The position numbers and the translations under genes are program-made. Positions 19,776 through 28,804 of a stretch of DNA of 60,019 nucleotides are shown one piece after another. A model generated the notes under the pieces. The model was not told the origin of the DNA. It did not search any database and saw only the letters and a list, made by a program, of their open reading frames with translations. The stretch spans positions 1 through 60,019 of the forward strand of contig JAFQMO010000152.1 in NCBI GenBank assembly GCA_017414385.1, written 5' to 3'. Within the stretch, counting starts at the first letter, position 1; each line of letters starts with the position of its first letter. Source of the DNA: Clostridia bacterium (lineage in GTDB: Bacteria; Bacillota; Clostridia; Oscillospirales; CAG-272).

Positions 19776-20876
19776 TCAAATCTTACTGTCAGCTTCCTTC
19801 CCGTCTCTGTTCATTGCGTTGATCTCTTCGATCAAAACATCAACAGCGGTATCTGCGGGAATCTTTCTCACGATCTCACCGTGACGGAACAGAACCGCCT
19901 CATCCCTGCCGCCCGCAATTCCGATATCCGCCTCACGCGCCTCACCGGGACCGTTAACCACGCATCCCATCATTGCAACACGAAGGGATCCGCTGTATCG
20001 GATCTCACCCATTCTCGACTCAAAGGCGTTTACCATATCGATCAGCGGGATCTGCGTTCTGCCGCAGGTCGGACAGGACACCAAATGGATACCGTCCTCG
20101 ATCTCAAGCGCGCGGAGAATACGGTGTGCCTCACGCACCTCTTCCACAGGGTCTGCCGTCAGGGATACACGGACCGTGTCACCGATGCCGTCAGCAAGCA
20201 ATGCGCCGATGCCGATCGCGCTTTTGATCGTTCCCATCTGCATGCTTCCTGCTTCTGTGACTCCCAGATGCAGCGGAAAATCACATTTCTCTGCGATCAG
20301 ACGGTTCGCCTCGATCATTTCCGTCACCGTGGATGCCTTGATAGAGATCACGATATCCGAAAAATCAAACCGCTGCAGAAGCGATGCATGATACATGGCG
20401 CTCTCTGCCAACGCCTGCGCCGTCGGTGCGCCGTGCTTTTCCAATATATGCTTTTCAAGGGAGCCCGAATTGACACCGATGCGGATTGGCAGTCCCCTTT
20501 GTCTGCAAGCCTCTACGACCAAGCGGACTTTGTCATCGTCACCAATGTTTCCGGGATTGATCCGGATCTTATCCGCACCGCACGCCGCAGCCTCCAATGC
20601 AATCCGATAATCAAAATGGATATCCGCAACGAGAGGAACACGCACGCCGTGCTCCTTCAAATATGCAAACGTCGATGCACATGCCTTGTCCGGTACGGCA
20701 AGACGCACGATATCGCATCCTGCCATCTCCAGCGCCTGCACCTGTGCAAGACACGCTTCTTTATCGTATGTCGGTGTGGAGCACATCGACTGCACCGTGA
20801 TCGGCGCACCTCCGCCGATCACACGGTCCGCAACACGCACAGCACGTGTCACCCGTCTTTTGATTTTTTGTGTCAT
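19776..20876 (-). CDS. ispG: 4-hydroxy-3-methylbut-2-en-1-yl diphosphate synthase (flavodoxin)
   Basis: MTQKIKRRVTRAVRVADRVIGGGAPITVQSMCSTPT, the blocks RINPGNIG and VSCPTCGRT, and C-terminal GCVVNGPGEA. I prefer the ATG at 20876; the track start at 20945 is TTG and adds 23 non-conserved residues. Confidence 0.93.
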   Translation of the reverse strand: MTQKIKRRVTRAVRVADRVIGGGAPITVQSMCSTPTYDKEACLAQVQALEMAGCDIVRLAVPDKACASTFAYLKEHGVRVPLVADIHFDYRIALEAAACGADKIRINPGNIGDDDKVRLVVEACRQRGLPIRIGVNSGSLEKHILEKHGAPTAQALAESAMYHASLLQRFDFSDIVISIKASTVTEMIEANRLIAEKCDFPLHLGVTEAGSMQMGTIKSAIGIGALLADGIGDTVRVSLTADPVEEVREAHRILRALEIEDGIHLVSCPTCGRTQIPLIDMVNAFESRMGEIRYSGSLRVAMMGCVVNGPGEAREADIGIAGGRDEAVLFRHGEIVRKIPADTAVDVLIEEINAMNRDGKEADSKI

Positions 20877-20958
20877 ATTTATCCAAACGCCGTCGTCGGC
20901 AAAACGCCGACACAGTCTATCCTTTCCACCTGTAGTCCCAAGCAATCCTTACGCCGCT

Positions 20959-21993
20959 CTACGAAAAAAGGCGCATGATATCCTGAAAGGTCACCACTAC
21001 CATCAAAAGCATCAAGAGCAGAATTCCCGCAAAATGCACATATCCCTCAACCGCCGGGTTCAGGGGCTTGCGTCTGACAAGCTCCACAAGCTGGAACAAA
21101 AGACGTCCGCCGTCAAGTGCGGGAAGGGGGAGCAAATTGAAAATACCGAGATTTACGGAAATAAACACAAACATATATCCAAGATCATATGCGCCCTGCT
21201 TTGCCGCCTCCGAGATCACCTGCGTAACCCCGACCGGTCCCGACATATCCTGAACACTGTATTTCCCGAATACCAGATCAAAAAGGGAATCCCATATCAT
21301 GGTAACCGTATTTGCTGACTGCCAAAAGGCCTGCGATACGACCTCTCCCACATTTTTTTCCACTGCATAAACATAAAAATCTCTGTCACCGAAAACATGA
21401 CCGCTGTCTACATAATGAGGGAATTCGACATCCTTGAGTACGATCCGTTCCCCGTTTCGAAGAACTGTGACATCAATCGGCTCATATGCATCATGCATGA
21501 TCGTATATACAAGATCTGTTGCACAGTGGACACGTGTATTACCAACCTTGATGATCTCATCCTGTACCTGTAAGCCGTATGACGGTGTCGTTGCCCCCTC
21601 AAAGAACTCGGCAACCACCGTACCGCCAAGCGTTGCAGATGAGGCAACCAGGATCGCCATCACCAGAAATCCTACCGTCAGATTCATAAACGCACCTGCG
21701 GCAGTGATGATCATTCTCTGCCAAACCGGCTTCTTATAGAGTGCACCCGGATCGTCAGACTCCTCGTCCTCGCCCTCCATGGCAACATACCCGCCGATCG
21801 GAAGTGCGCGAAGAGAATAGCGGATATTCGTCTTCTTCGAAACACGCGAAAGAAGCTTCGGTCCCATACCGATCGAAAACTCCTTTATACTGACCTGAAA
21901 TATACGTGCCGCCGTATAATGTCCGAACTCGTGGATAAATATCAACACGCCGAACATGAATACGGCAAGCAGGATAAAAACGATGTTCATCAA
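20959..21993 (-). CDS. rseP: RIP metalloprotease RseP/RasP (site-2 protease)
   Basis: 344 aa. It has the HEFGHY zinc motif in the first TM, a central PDZ-like region, and the NLLPLPALDGG motif. Confidence 0.93.
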   Translation of the reverse strand: MMNIVFILLAVFMFGVLIFIHEFGHYTAARIFQVSIKEFSIGMGPKLLSRVSKKTNIRYSLRALPIGGYVAMEGEDEESDDPGALYKKPVWQRMIITAAGAFMNLTVGFLVMAILVASSATLGGTVVAEFFEGATTPSYGLQVQDEIIKVGNTRVHCATDLVYTIMHDAYEPIDVTVLRNGERIVLKDVEFPHYVDSGHVFGDRDFYVYAVEKNVGEVVSQAFWQSANTVTMIWDSLFDLVFGKYSVQDMSGPVGVTQVISEAAKQGAYDLGYMFVFISVNLGIFNLLPLPALDGGRLLFQLVELVRRKPLNPAVEGYVHFAGILLLMLLMVVVTFQDIMRLFS

Positions 21994-22055
21994 CTATGCT
22001 TCCTTTCCTACACCACAGCACATAACCTTGCTGTGCAAAAACATGGACAATTCTC

Positions 22056-23252
22056 TCAGACACCGTGTCGGGATGCCTTACGGATGACAGCAGAGCGTGC
22101 TTCTCTGTCCGCTTCCTCAATATCTGTTAATGTCGGATTTTTCATATTTGCCGTGTCATCCACGACCTCCTCCACCAAATCAAAAATGTCGGTAAAGGTA
22201 ATCTTGTCCTGCAAAAACAGCGACACAGCCGCTTCATTTGCACCGTTCAAAACGGCGGTCTTGATTCCGCCCTCCGTTACCGCACGGCGTGCCAGAGGCA
22301 GGAGTGTAAAGGTTTCCTCGTCAGGCTCTGAAAATGTCAGTGTACCGATTCTGCGAAGATCCAACGGCTCCAAATGTGACGGCATTCGATCCGGATACGT
22401 CAGTGCATACTGGATACAAAGACGCATATCGGGAAGCGCCATCTGCGCCATCACCGATCTGTCACAGAATTCCACCATCGAATGTACAATACTTTCCTTA
22501 TGAATGACGATATCAACCATATCGGGCGCAACGTCAAAAAGTCTGACCGCTTCGATCAGCTCAAGTCCTTTATTCATAAGCGAAGCACAATCAACGGTAA
22601 TCTTTGCTCCCATTTTCCAGGTAGGATGTGCAAGCGCATCATCCTTTTTCATACCACTGAGCTGATCGCGCTTCCGTCCGTGAAAAGCGCCGCCCGAGCA
22701 TGTCAGGATCAATCTTGTAATACGGTCATGCGGCTCTCCGTTCAGACATTGAAAAATCGCACAGTGCTCACTATCTACCGGAAGCACGGAAACCCCCTGC
22801 TCCCTTGCCTCACGCATCACAAATTCACCCGCGGTAACAAGTGTTTCCTTATTTGCAAGCGCAACATTTTTCTTTGAACGAATGGCCGCAAGTGTAGGCG
22901 CAAGACCTGCCGTTCCGATGATCGAATTCAGCACAACGCGCGCACTTCCGTTCTCCGCAAGCCACAAAACGCCCTCTCTGCCTGAGAGGATCTTGGTCTG
23001 TGTATCCGCCGCCGCGACACGCAAAAGCTTCGCCGCCTCAGGATCCTCAACTGCGCAGTATGCGGGAGAAAAGCGACGGATCTGCTCCTCCAGAAGCGTG
23101 ATATTCCGTGCGCCCGCAATACCTTCCACGCGAAGACCGTGCAGTTGTGCAACATCCATTGTCTGACGGCCGACCGAACCGGTTGAGCCAAGCACCGTTA
23201 CGGGCAGTGCACCGATCTTATCTTGTTTTTTGATCATATTTTTGCTCTCCAT
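22056..23252 (-). CDS. dxr: 1-deoxy-D-xylulose 5-phosphate reductoisomerase
   Basis: LGSTGSVGRQTMDV NADPH-binding N-terminus, plus the blocks LANKETLV, PVDSEHCAIFQCL and NKGLELIEA. An alternative ATG at 23237 is also SD-supported. Confidence 0.95.
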   Translation of the reverse strand: MESKNMIKKQDKIGALPVTVLGSTGSVGRQTMDVAQLHGLRVEGIAGARNITLLEEQIRRFSPAYCAVEDPEAAKLLRVAAADTQTKILSGREGVLWLAENGSARVVLNSIIGTAGLAPTLAAIRSKKNVALANKETLVTAGEFVMREAREQGVSVLPVDSEHCAIFQCLNGEPHDRITRLILTCSGGAFHGRKRDQLSGMKKDDALAHPTWKMGAKITVDCASLMNKGLELIEAVRLFDVAPDMVDIVIHKESIVHSMVEFCDRSVMAQMALPDMRLCIQYALTYPDRMPSHLEPLDLRRIGTLTFSEPDEETFTLLPLARRAVTEGGIKTAVLNGANEAAVSLFLQDKITFTDIFDLVEEVVDDTANMKNPTLTDIEEADREARSAVIRKASRHGV

Positions 23253-23290
23253 AAAGGATATTCCTCTCGCATCCGTTTATGCATTCCGCA

Positions 23291-24121
23291 TCAGAAGATC
23301 AAGCCGAAAAACGGCGTGAAGGCACAGAGCAGATACAGCACCGTACCCGTTGCAAGCACCGAGTCAAAGCGGTCCAACACACCACCGTGGCCCGGGAACA
23401 GATTACCATAGTCCTTGATCTCATAGCGACGCTTCACAAGGCTCATCACCAGATCTCCGATCATCGATACGACCGATATCGGGAGACCGAGCAGCAGCAG
23501 TGCGAGGTAATTGGGACTGACATCCGCAGCGATCAGCGATACGATCCATCCGTACAAAACAAAGCCAAGCATCGTAAAGATCACACCGCCCACAGCACCC
23601 TCGACCGTCTTTTTGGGAGAAACGTCGGGAATCAGCTTATGACGGCCAAGCAGTCTTCCTGTAAAATAGGCAAAGGAATCTGCGACCCATGCGCCGACAA
23701 ACGGCAAAAGGTAAAGATATGCTCCATGATTGATCTGTCTGGAAAGAGCGATCAGAGAAAATCCCCATACGATATATACAAGCCCCAAAAATGCCATAGC
23801 AGACGCTTCGATGGCGATCTCTCCGTGAGAGAATAGGGCGCATACAAATACCCAGAACATCAATACCGCAGTCAGTGCGGAGAGCAGCAAAAAACCACTC
23901 TCATGAAAATAATATGTGCCAATCGGCATTGCAGCCCCAAAAACGATACACGGGACAGATAATACGTATTTTTTATCAACACCGATACAGCGAAGCATTT
24001 CAAAGCATCCGATCCCGCAAAGCAGCGCCATTGCGATCGGAAATACTGCCGTATGCGAAAAAACGCCGATGGGAACCAATACGACTCCCATACAGATGGC
24101 GGTAATGATTCGAGTTTTCAT
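23291..24121 (-). CDS. cdsA: Phosphatidate cytidylyltransferase
   Basis: 276-aa polytopic membrane protein with the C-terminal signature GDLVMSLVKRRYEIKDYGNLFPGHGGVLDRFDS. Confidence 0.93.
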   Translation of the reverse strand: MKTRIITAICMGVVLVPIGVFSHTAVFPIAMALLCGIGCFEMLRCIGVDKKYVLSVPCIVFGAAMPIGTYYFHESGFLLLSALTAVLMFWVFVCALFSHGEIAIEASAMAFLGLVYIVWGFSLIALSRQINHGAYLYLLPFVGAWVADSFAYFTGRLLGRHKLIPDVSPKKTVEGAVGGVIFTMLGFVLYGWIVSLIAADVSPNYLALLLLGLPISVVSMIGDLVMSLVKRRYEIKDYGNLFPGHGGVLDRFDSVLATGTVLYLLCAFTPFFGLIF

Positions 24122-24183
24122 AATTCACTATCTCTTTTCCATCTTCAATGATTTTGTCTTATCCAAGGGACATGCGGATCGGC

Positions 24184-24906
24184 TCACACGCCGCCGAAAC
24201 GCCGTTTTCTCTTATAAAAATCCTCGATCGCGGCGTCAATCTCCGCTTCGCTCATATCCGGCCAAAGCGTATCACAGAAATAAAGCTCTGCATATGCGGA
24301 CTGCCACAAAAGAAAATTAGACAGTCTTTTCTCCGCACCCGTCCGCACGATCAGATCGGGTGGCGGACAGTGCGCCGTATACAAATGTGCGGAAATATCG
24401 TCCTCCGTGATGCTCGTCTTCCCCATGCCGATCAGCGTATTGACCGCGTGAACGATCTCATCCCGGCCTCCGTAATTGATTGCAATATTGAGCGTCAAGG
24501 GATGCTTCGCAGTTGCAATCTCAAGCGCGGTCATATCCTTTGCGATGTTTTCGGGGAAAACACGCTTATCCCCCAAGAATACAACACGAAGACCATATTC
24601 ATCTGCTTTTTTCGCCGCTTTCTTCAAATATTCTCCGAAGATCAGCATGATCGCCTTGACCTCGACCTCGGGACGCTTCCAATTCTCCGTTGAAAACGCA
24701 TACACCGTTACCGTTTTGATTCCGACATCTCCGCAATAACGAACGACCTTTTCAAACGTTGACGCACCAACAGAATGACCGTACTCACGCGGCATTCCGT
24801 GTTTTTTTGCCCAACGTCCGTTTCCGTCCATAATGAAGGCGATATGCTGAAGCCGTTCATCGACCTGTATTGCCATATAATCCCCCTGCTTTTTGACCGA
24901 TCCCAT
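24184..24906 (-). CDS. uppS: Isoprenyl transferase (undecaprenyl diphosphate synthase)
   Basis: HIAFIMDGNGRWAKKHGMPR, YAFSTENWKRP and the RLSNFLLWQSAYAELYF motifs. An alternative ATG at 24876 has the better SD (GGGGGA). Confidence 0.95.
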   Translation of the reverse strand: MGSVKKQGDYMAIQVDERLQHIAFIMDGNGRWAKKHGMPREYGHSVGASTFEKVVRYCGDVGIKTVTVYAFSTENWKRPEVEVKAIMLIFGEYLKKAAKKADEYGLRVVFLGDKRVFPENIAKDMTALEIATAKHPLTLNIAINYGGRDEIVHAVNTLIGMGKTSITEDDISAHLYTAHCPPPDLIVRTGAEKRLSNFLLWQSAYAELYFCDTLWPDMSEAEIDAAIEDFYKRKRRFGGV

Positions 24907-24935
24907 CGATCTGCATCTCCATATTCTTATTTACC

Positions 24936-24972
24936 CAACAGAGAAACAAGGATGATGCTGGATCATCCTTGT
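24936..24972 (-). terminator. Hairpin/terminator after frr
   Basis: Minus strand has ACAAGGATGAT-CCAGC-ATCATCCTTGT, a perfect 11-bp stem (24972-24946), followed by TTCTCTGTTG. The T-tract is only moderately U-rich. Confidence 0.5.
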
Positions 24973-24993
24973 CCTATACAAATCATAGCCGGA

Positions 24994-25548
24994 TCAGATC
25001 TCCATGATCTCCTTGCTCTTGGCATCGGTGATCTTGTCGACCTGCTTGCAGTACTTATCGGTCATATCCTGAATGTCCTTCTCGGATGCCTTTTGTTCAT
25101 CCTCGGTCATAGAACCTGCCTTCTTCAGCTCCTTGCACTTATCGTTTGCATCACGACGGATATTTCTCAGTGCAACCTTTGCAGCCTCACCCTTTTTGGA
25201 GATATCCTTTGTGATTTCTTTTCTTCTCTCTTCTGTCAACGGAGGAAATGCCAAACGAAGCATGGTACCGTCATTCTGCGGGTTGATACCGATATCGCTT
25301 GCCTGGATCGCCTTCTCGATCGCCTTCAAAAGAGTCTTATCCCAAGGCTGAATGGTGATCGTTCTTGCATCGGGGACGGATACACTCGCAACAGCGGTGA
25401 TCTGTGTGGGAGAACCGTAATAATCTACCGTTACCTTGTCCAATACACCGGGATTTGCACGGCCGGCACGGATCGTCTTCAATTCGTTCTCATATGCCTC
25501 AATGCTCTTTTGCATTTTTGTTTCAAAATCTTTCACATCAAGCTTCAT
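24994..25548 (-). CDS. frr: Ribosome recycling factor
   Basis: 184 aa. MKLDVKDFETKMQKSIEAYENELKTIRAGRANPGVLDKVTVDYYGSPTQI ... RNIRRDANDK. Confidence 0.97.
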   Translation of the reverse strand: MKLDVKDFETKMQKSIEAYENELKTIRAGRANPGVLDKVTVDYYGSPTQITAVASVSVPDARTITIQPWDKTLLKAIEKAIQASDIGINPQNDGTMLRLAFPPLTEERRKEITKDISKKGEAAKVALRNIRRDANDKCKELKKAGSMTEDEQKASEKDIQDMTDKYCKQVDKITDAKSKEIMEI

Positions 25549-25705
25549 AACAGAAGTCCTCCTAAAAATTAATACGTGGTGTGAATCAAGACATATATTC
25601 TTTATATACTCATGATACTACATATATTTTACTATGTATTAACCGATTTGTAAACATTTTTCTGAAAACTTTTTTGAAAAAAGTTTGTGTTTTCCCTCAA
25701 ATCAC

Positions 25706-25745
25706 AAAAATAAAAGAAAAAGTGCTGCACGTAACCGTGCAGCAC
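25706..25745 (-). terminator. Strong rho-independent terminator after tsf
   Basis: Minus strand has GTGCTGCACG-GTTA-CGTGCAGCAC, a perfect 10-bp stem (25745-25722), followed by TTTTTCTTTTATTTTTG. It lies 14 nt after the tsf stop. Confidence 0.85.
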
Positions 25746-25758
25746 CATAGGATCCAAA

Positions 25759-26697
25759 TTACTTCTTGTTGACCATCTTCTCGATCTCTGCAGCGAAATC
25801 CTCTTCTCTCTTCTGCAGACCTTCGCCCTTTTCGTAACGGAAGAAGGAAGCAACTGCGATGTTACCGCCGAATGCCTTGCCGCAAGCCTCAAGATACTTT
25901 GCAACGGATTCCTTGTTCTCTGCCTTTACATACTCCTGCTCAAGCAGACAGTTGGACTCGTAGAACTTGCCGAGACGGCCGATAACGATCTTGTCCAGAA
26001 CCTGTGCAGGCTTCTTTGCGTTTGCGGGATCGTTTGCAAGCTGAGCAAGCAGAACGGACTTCTCTTCTTCGATAACAGCAGCGGGAACGTCTTCCTTTGC
26101 AATGTAAGGAACAACATTCTGAGCAGCGATATGAAGAGCGATGTTCTTCTTTGCTTCTGCATAACCCTCATTTGCCACTACAGCCTCATCAGCGTCAAAC
26201 TTTACGATAACACCGATGGAGCCCTTGCCGTGAATATAGGATACGAGATCACCCTCGATCAGATCGAAGCGGCGGATAGACATGTTCTCACCGATTGTGA
26301 AGATCATCTGCTTGAGCTGAGCCTCAACGGTGGTCTCGCCTTCGTATGTGCAGCCAAGCAGCGCAGCAACGTCTGCGGGCTTCTCTGTGATGATGATGTG
26401 GAGCAGCTGTGCAACAAATGCCTTGAAGGTATCGTTCTTAGCAACAAAGTCTGTCTCGGAGTTTACCTCGATGATCGCGCCGACATTACCCTCGATCGCG
26501 ATGTCAACCAAACCTTCAGCAGCAATTCTGTCTGCCTTCTTTGCAGCAACAGCAATTCCTCTTTCACGCAGAACCTTGATCGCCTCATCCATGTTGCCGT
26601 TTGCTTCGACCAGTGCATTCTTGCACTCCATCATACCGCAGCCTGTCTTCTTGCGCAGCTCTGCTACATCCTTTGCGGAAATGTTAGCCATATTCAT
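25759..26697 (-). CDS. tsf: Translation elongation factor Ts
   Basis: 312 aa. It has an N-terminal UBA-like domain (ISAKDVAELRKKTGCGMMECKNALVEANGNMDEAIKVLRERG) and the ETDFVAKN block. Confidence 0.97.
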   Translation of the reverse strand: MNMANISAKDVAELRKKTGCGMMECKNALVEANGNMDEAIKVLRERGIAVAAKKADRIAAEGLVDIAIEGNVGAIIEVNSETDFVAKNDTFKAFVAQLLHIIITEKPADVAALLGCTYEGETTVEAQLKQMIFTIGENMSIRRFDLIEGDLVSYIHGKGSIGVIVKFDADEAVVANEGYAEAKKNIALHIAAQNVVPYIAKEDVPAAVIEEEKSVLLAQLANDPANAKKPAQVLDKIVIGRLGKFYESNCLLEQEYVKAENKESVAKYLEACGKAFGGNIAVASFFRYEKGEGLQKREEDFAAEIEKMVNKK

Positions 26698-26745
26698 ATC
26701 CCTCCGTATTTTCGGATTTTTTCTTTATTTTACGATCGCGCCGAA

Positions 26746-27480
26746 TTATTCAGCAGCTTCTTCAGCAGCAGCTTCCTCTGCCTCGGGGGTATTCTGCTCA
26801 CCCTGCTTGCCCTCAACAACAGCGTTTGCGAGAACAGATGCAATCAGCTTGATTGCACGGATCGCATCATCGTTACCGGGAATGATGTAATCTGCATCGT
26901 CGGGATCGCAGTTGGTATCAACGATCGCAACGACCGGAATACCAAGCTTCTTTGCTTCAAGAACAGCGTTCTTTTCCTTCTTGGGGTCAACAATAAATAC
27001 TGCGGAGGGAAGGCCGTTCATATTCTTGATACCGCCGTAGTTGCGCTCAAGATCGCTCATCTCCTTGATCAGCTTTGCAACTTCCTTCTTGGGAAGCAGA
27101 TCAAAGGTACCGTCTTCCTTCATCTTTTCGAGGTTGTTCAGTCTGGAGATAGACTTCTTGATGGTCTTGTAGTTGGTAAGCATACCGCCGGGCCATCTTT
27201 CGTTGACGTAGTACATGCCGCAGCGTTCTGCTTCTTCCTTGATCGCGTCTGCTGCCTGCTTCTTGGTACCGACGAAAAGGATGTTTCCGTTTTCTGCTGC
27301 GGTCTCGCGAACAAACATGTACGCTTCCTCAAACTTCTTAACGGTCTTCTGCAGGTCAATGATGTAGATACCGTTTCTTTCGGTGAAGATGTACTCTGCC
27401 ATCTTCGGGTTCCATCTTCTGGTGTGGTGACCGAAGTGGACACCTGCTTCGAGCAGCTGCTTAATGGTGATAACTGACAT
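26746..27480 (-). CDS. rpsB: 30S ribosomal protein S2
   Basis: [27 protein letters not shown] from the ATG at 27480, with AGGAGG 7 nt upstream. The track ORF extends spuriously to 27555. The C-terminal tail is acidic and Ala-rich. Confidence 0.97.
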   Translation of the reverse strand: MSVITIKQLLEAGVHFGHHTRRWNPKMAEYIFTERNGIYIIDLQKTVKKFEEAYMFVRETAAENGNILFVGTKKQAADAIKEEAERCGMYYVNERWPGGMLTNYKTIKKSISRLNNLEKMKEDGTFDLLPKKEVAKLIKEMSDLERNYGGIKNMNGLPSAVFIVDPKKEKNAVLEAKKLGIPVVAIVDTNCDPDDADYIIPGNDDAIRAIKLIASVLANAVVEGKQGEQNTPEAEEAAAEEAAE

Positions 27481-27627
27481 TTTTATGTCCTCCTGTATGG
27501 TTTTTCCACCACAGTACCCCCTTCGCCTGGACGACCGCATCCTTTGCGGCACCATACCAATGCGTGAACCGGGCCTGTGTGTGTCGTTCTTGTGCGGAGA
27601 TCATCTCGCGTCTCCAAACACCCATAT

Positions 27628-27656
27628 ATTCTACCACATTTTGTCTTATTTTGCAA
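27628..27656 (-). promoter_or_regulatory. Sigma-70-type promoter with extended -10 for rpsB-tsf
   Basis: Minus strand reads TTGCAA (27656-27651), a 17-nt spacer ending TGG, then TAGAAT (27633-27628). This predicts a leader of about 140 nt. Confidence 0.6.
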
Positions 27657-27678
27657 TAGGCTTTTTCGTTTTTACAAA

Positions 27679-27990
27679 TTATTTACAATTATCGGATTCG
27701 TCCCGCTTTTTCTTCCGTTTCCTGCCTCGTTGCGAACATACGGTGCACGCTTCCCGACTCATATTTACAAGAATACAGCTGTCGCCGATACACTCCACCC
27801 TATCCCACGGTACTATCATCACATCCCCCCTCCACAGATCGCCAATTCCAAGATCAAACGGCATCACATACAATGCACAGAGATGACCCGTACAGGTATC
27901 AAGGGTCACATCACAGACACACCCCAGCGTCTGTGCATCGCAGACACGAACGACCTCCCTTCCGCGAAGATCGGACATTGCCAATATCAT
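27679..27990 (-). CDS. YlmC/YmxH-family sporulation protein (PRC-barrel) with a Cys-containing polybasic C-terminal tail
   Basis: MILAMSDLRGREVVRVCDAQTLGCVCDVTLDTCTGHLCALYV...MIVPWDRVECIGDSCILV parallels B. subtilis YlmC (...LVIPWRNIVKIGEDVILV). The ATG at 27990 has GGAGGTGAGCATT upstream. Confidence 0.75.
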   Translation of the reverse strand: MILAMSDLRGREVVRVCDAQTLGCVCDVTLDTCTGHLCALYVMPFDLGIGDLWRGDVMIVPWDRVECIGDSCILVNMSREACTVCSQRGRKRKKKRDESDNCK

Positions 27991-28045
27991 AATGCTCACC
28001 TCCGCAAAATATATATGTTTCATAAAAGAAATCCATGAAAAACAG

Positions 28046-28074
28046 TTGCAAAATCAAAAAATGTGTGGTATAAT
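28046..28074 (+). promoter_or_regulatory. Sigma-70-type promoter with extended -10 for the 28139 gene
   Basis: TTGCAA (28046-28051), a 17-nt spacer ending TGG, then TATAAT (28069-28074). A small hairpin CTGTCG-GTT-CGACAG (28086-28100) follows in the leader. Confidence 0.6.
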
Positions 28075-28138
28075 AATGTAAAATGCTGTCGGTTCGACAG
28101 TTTATATCAAGAAATCAAAGCATACAAGGAGATTTATT

Positions 28139-28732
28139 ATGAGCAAAAGATTAAACCCCGGTACGCATGATGCCAATAACGAATCCAGCAACTTTACGGA
28201 ATATACCGTAGAAAAGCGCGTTGAAGGTACCTACCGCCGCAACCGCATTCTGTTCAATCTGGCATTCTTCCTCATCGCTATCTCGATCTTCCCCCTGGTT
28301 ACCGTTGAAGGTATCGGAAGAATGTTTATCTTCTTTGTACCGGTATGGCTCGGTACCATCTGCCTTCCCTTTTATAAGTATTTCTCCCGTTATGTAAACA
28401 TCGAATATTCTTATTGTGTCATCCGCGGCGAATTCCAGATGGACATCGTTTACGGTCAGCGCAAGCGCAAGGAGCTCATGTCCGCTCTCGTTCGCGATAT
28501 GAAGGTCATTCGTCCCTACGATGAGCAGGGTAAGCAGGATGTTGCAGCGTGTGAAAAGGTATATGACTGCTCCATCTCTCAGAAGAACCCCTCTCCCGAT
28601 GTTTACTATTTCATCTTTGATGATGAGGGTGTTTCCACAGGCGTTATCTTTGAGGCAACCAACAAGACCATGCAGGTTATGAAGTTCTATAATGCTGCGG
28701 CTCTGACCATTAAGCCTGACCTCCGCCATTGA
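28139..28732 (+). CDS. Hypothetical membrane protein (two TM helices plus a soluble C-terminal domain)
   Basis: 197 aa with SD AAGGAGA 7 nt upstream. The hydrophobic hairpin is ILFNLAFFLIAISIFPLVTV / MFIFFVPVWLGTICLPF. I recognise no catalytic motif. The mirror ORF 28151..28729(-) is its codon-complement shadow. Confidence 0.7.
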   Translation: MSKRLNPGTHDANNESSNFTEYTVEKRVEGTYRRNRILFNLAFFLIAISIFPLVTVEGIGRMFIFFVPVWLGTICLPFYKYFSRYVNIEYSYCVIRGEFQMDIVYGQRKRKELMSALVRDMKVIRPYDEQGKQDVAACEKVYDCSISQKNPSPDVYYFIFDDEGVSTGVIFEATNKTMQVMKFYNAAALTIKPDLRH

Positions 28733-28804
28733 TTTTTTCCAAATAATAGGACTGTTTTTACATACGGCTGCATATCCTGCTGACAGATACCATCAATAGG
28801 AGGA

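Noticed and set aside
19719-20978. 419-aa plus-strand ORF opposite ispG, and likewise 32522-33487 opposite murA, 24775-25572 opposite frr and 14165-15106 opposite yabP/yabO
   Set aside because: All are in the codon-complement phase of well-supported genes. None has an SD or a recognisable motif.
26131-27477. 448-aa plus-strand ORF
   Set aside because: It is codon-complementary to tsf and rpsB. It is a shadow ORF.
28151-28729. 192-aa minus-strand ORF mirroring the 197-aa plus-strand ORF almost end to end
   Set aside because: Only one of the two can be real. The plus-strand ORF has a consensus promoter, an SD and clear TM helices. The minus-strand ORF is in its codon-complement phase and has no start signals.
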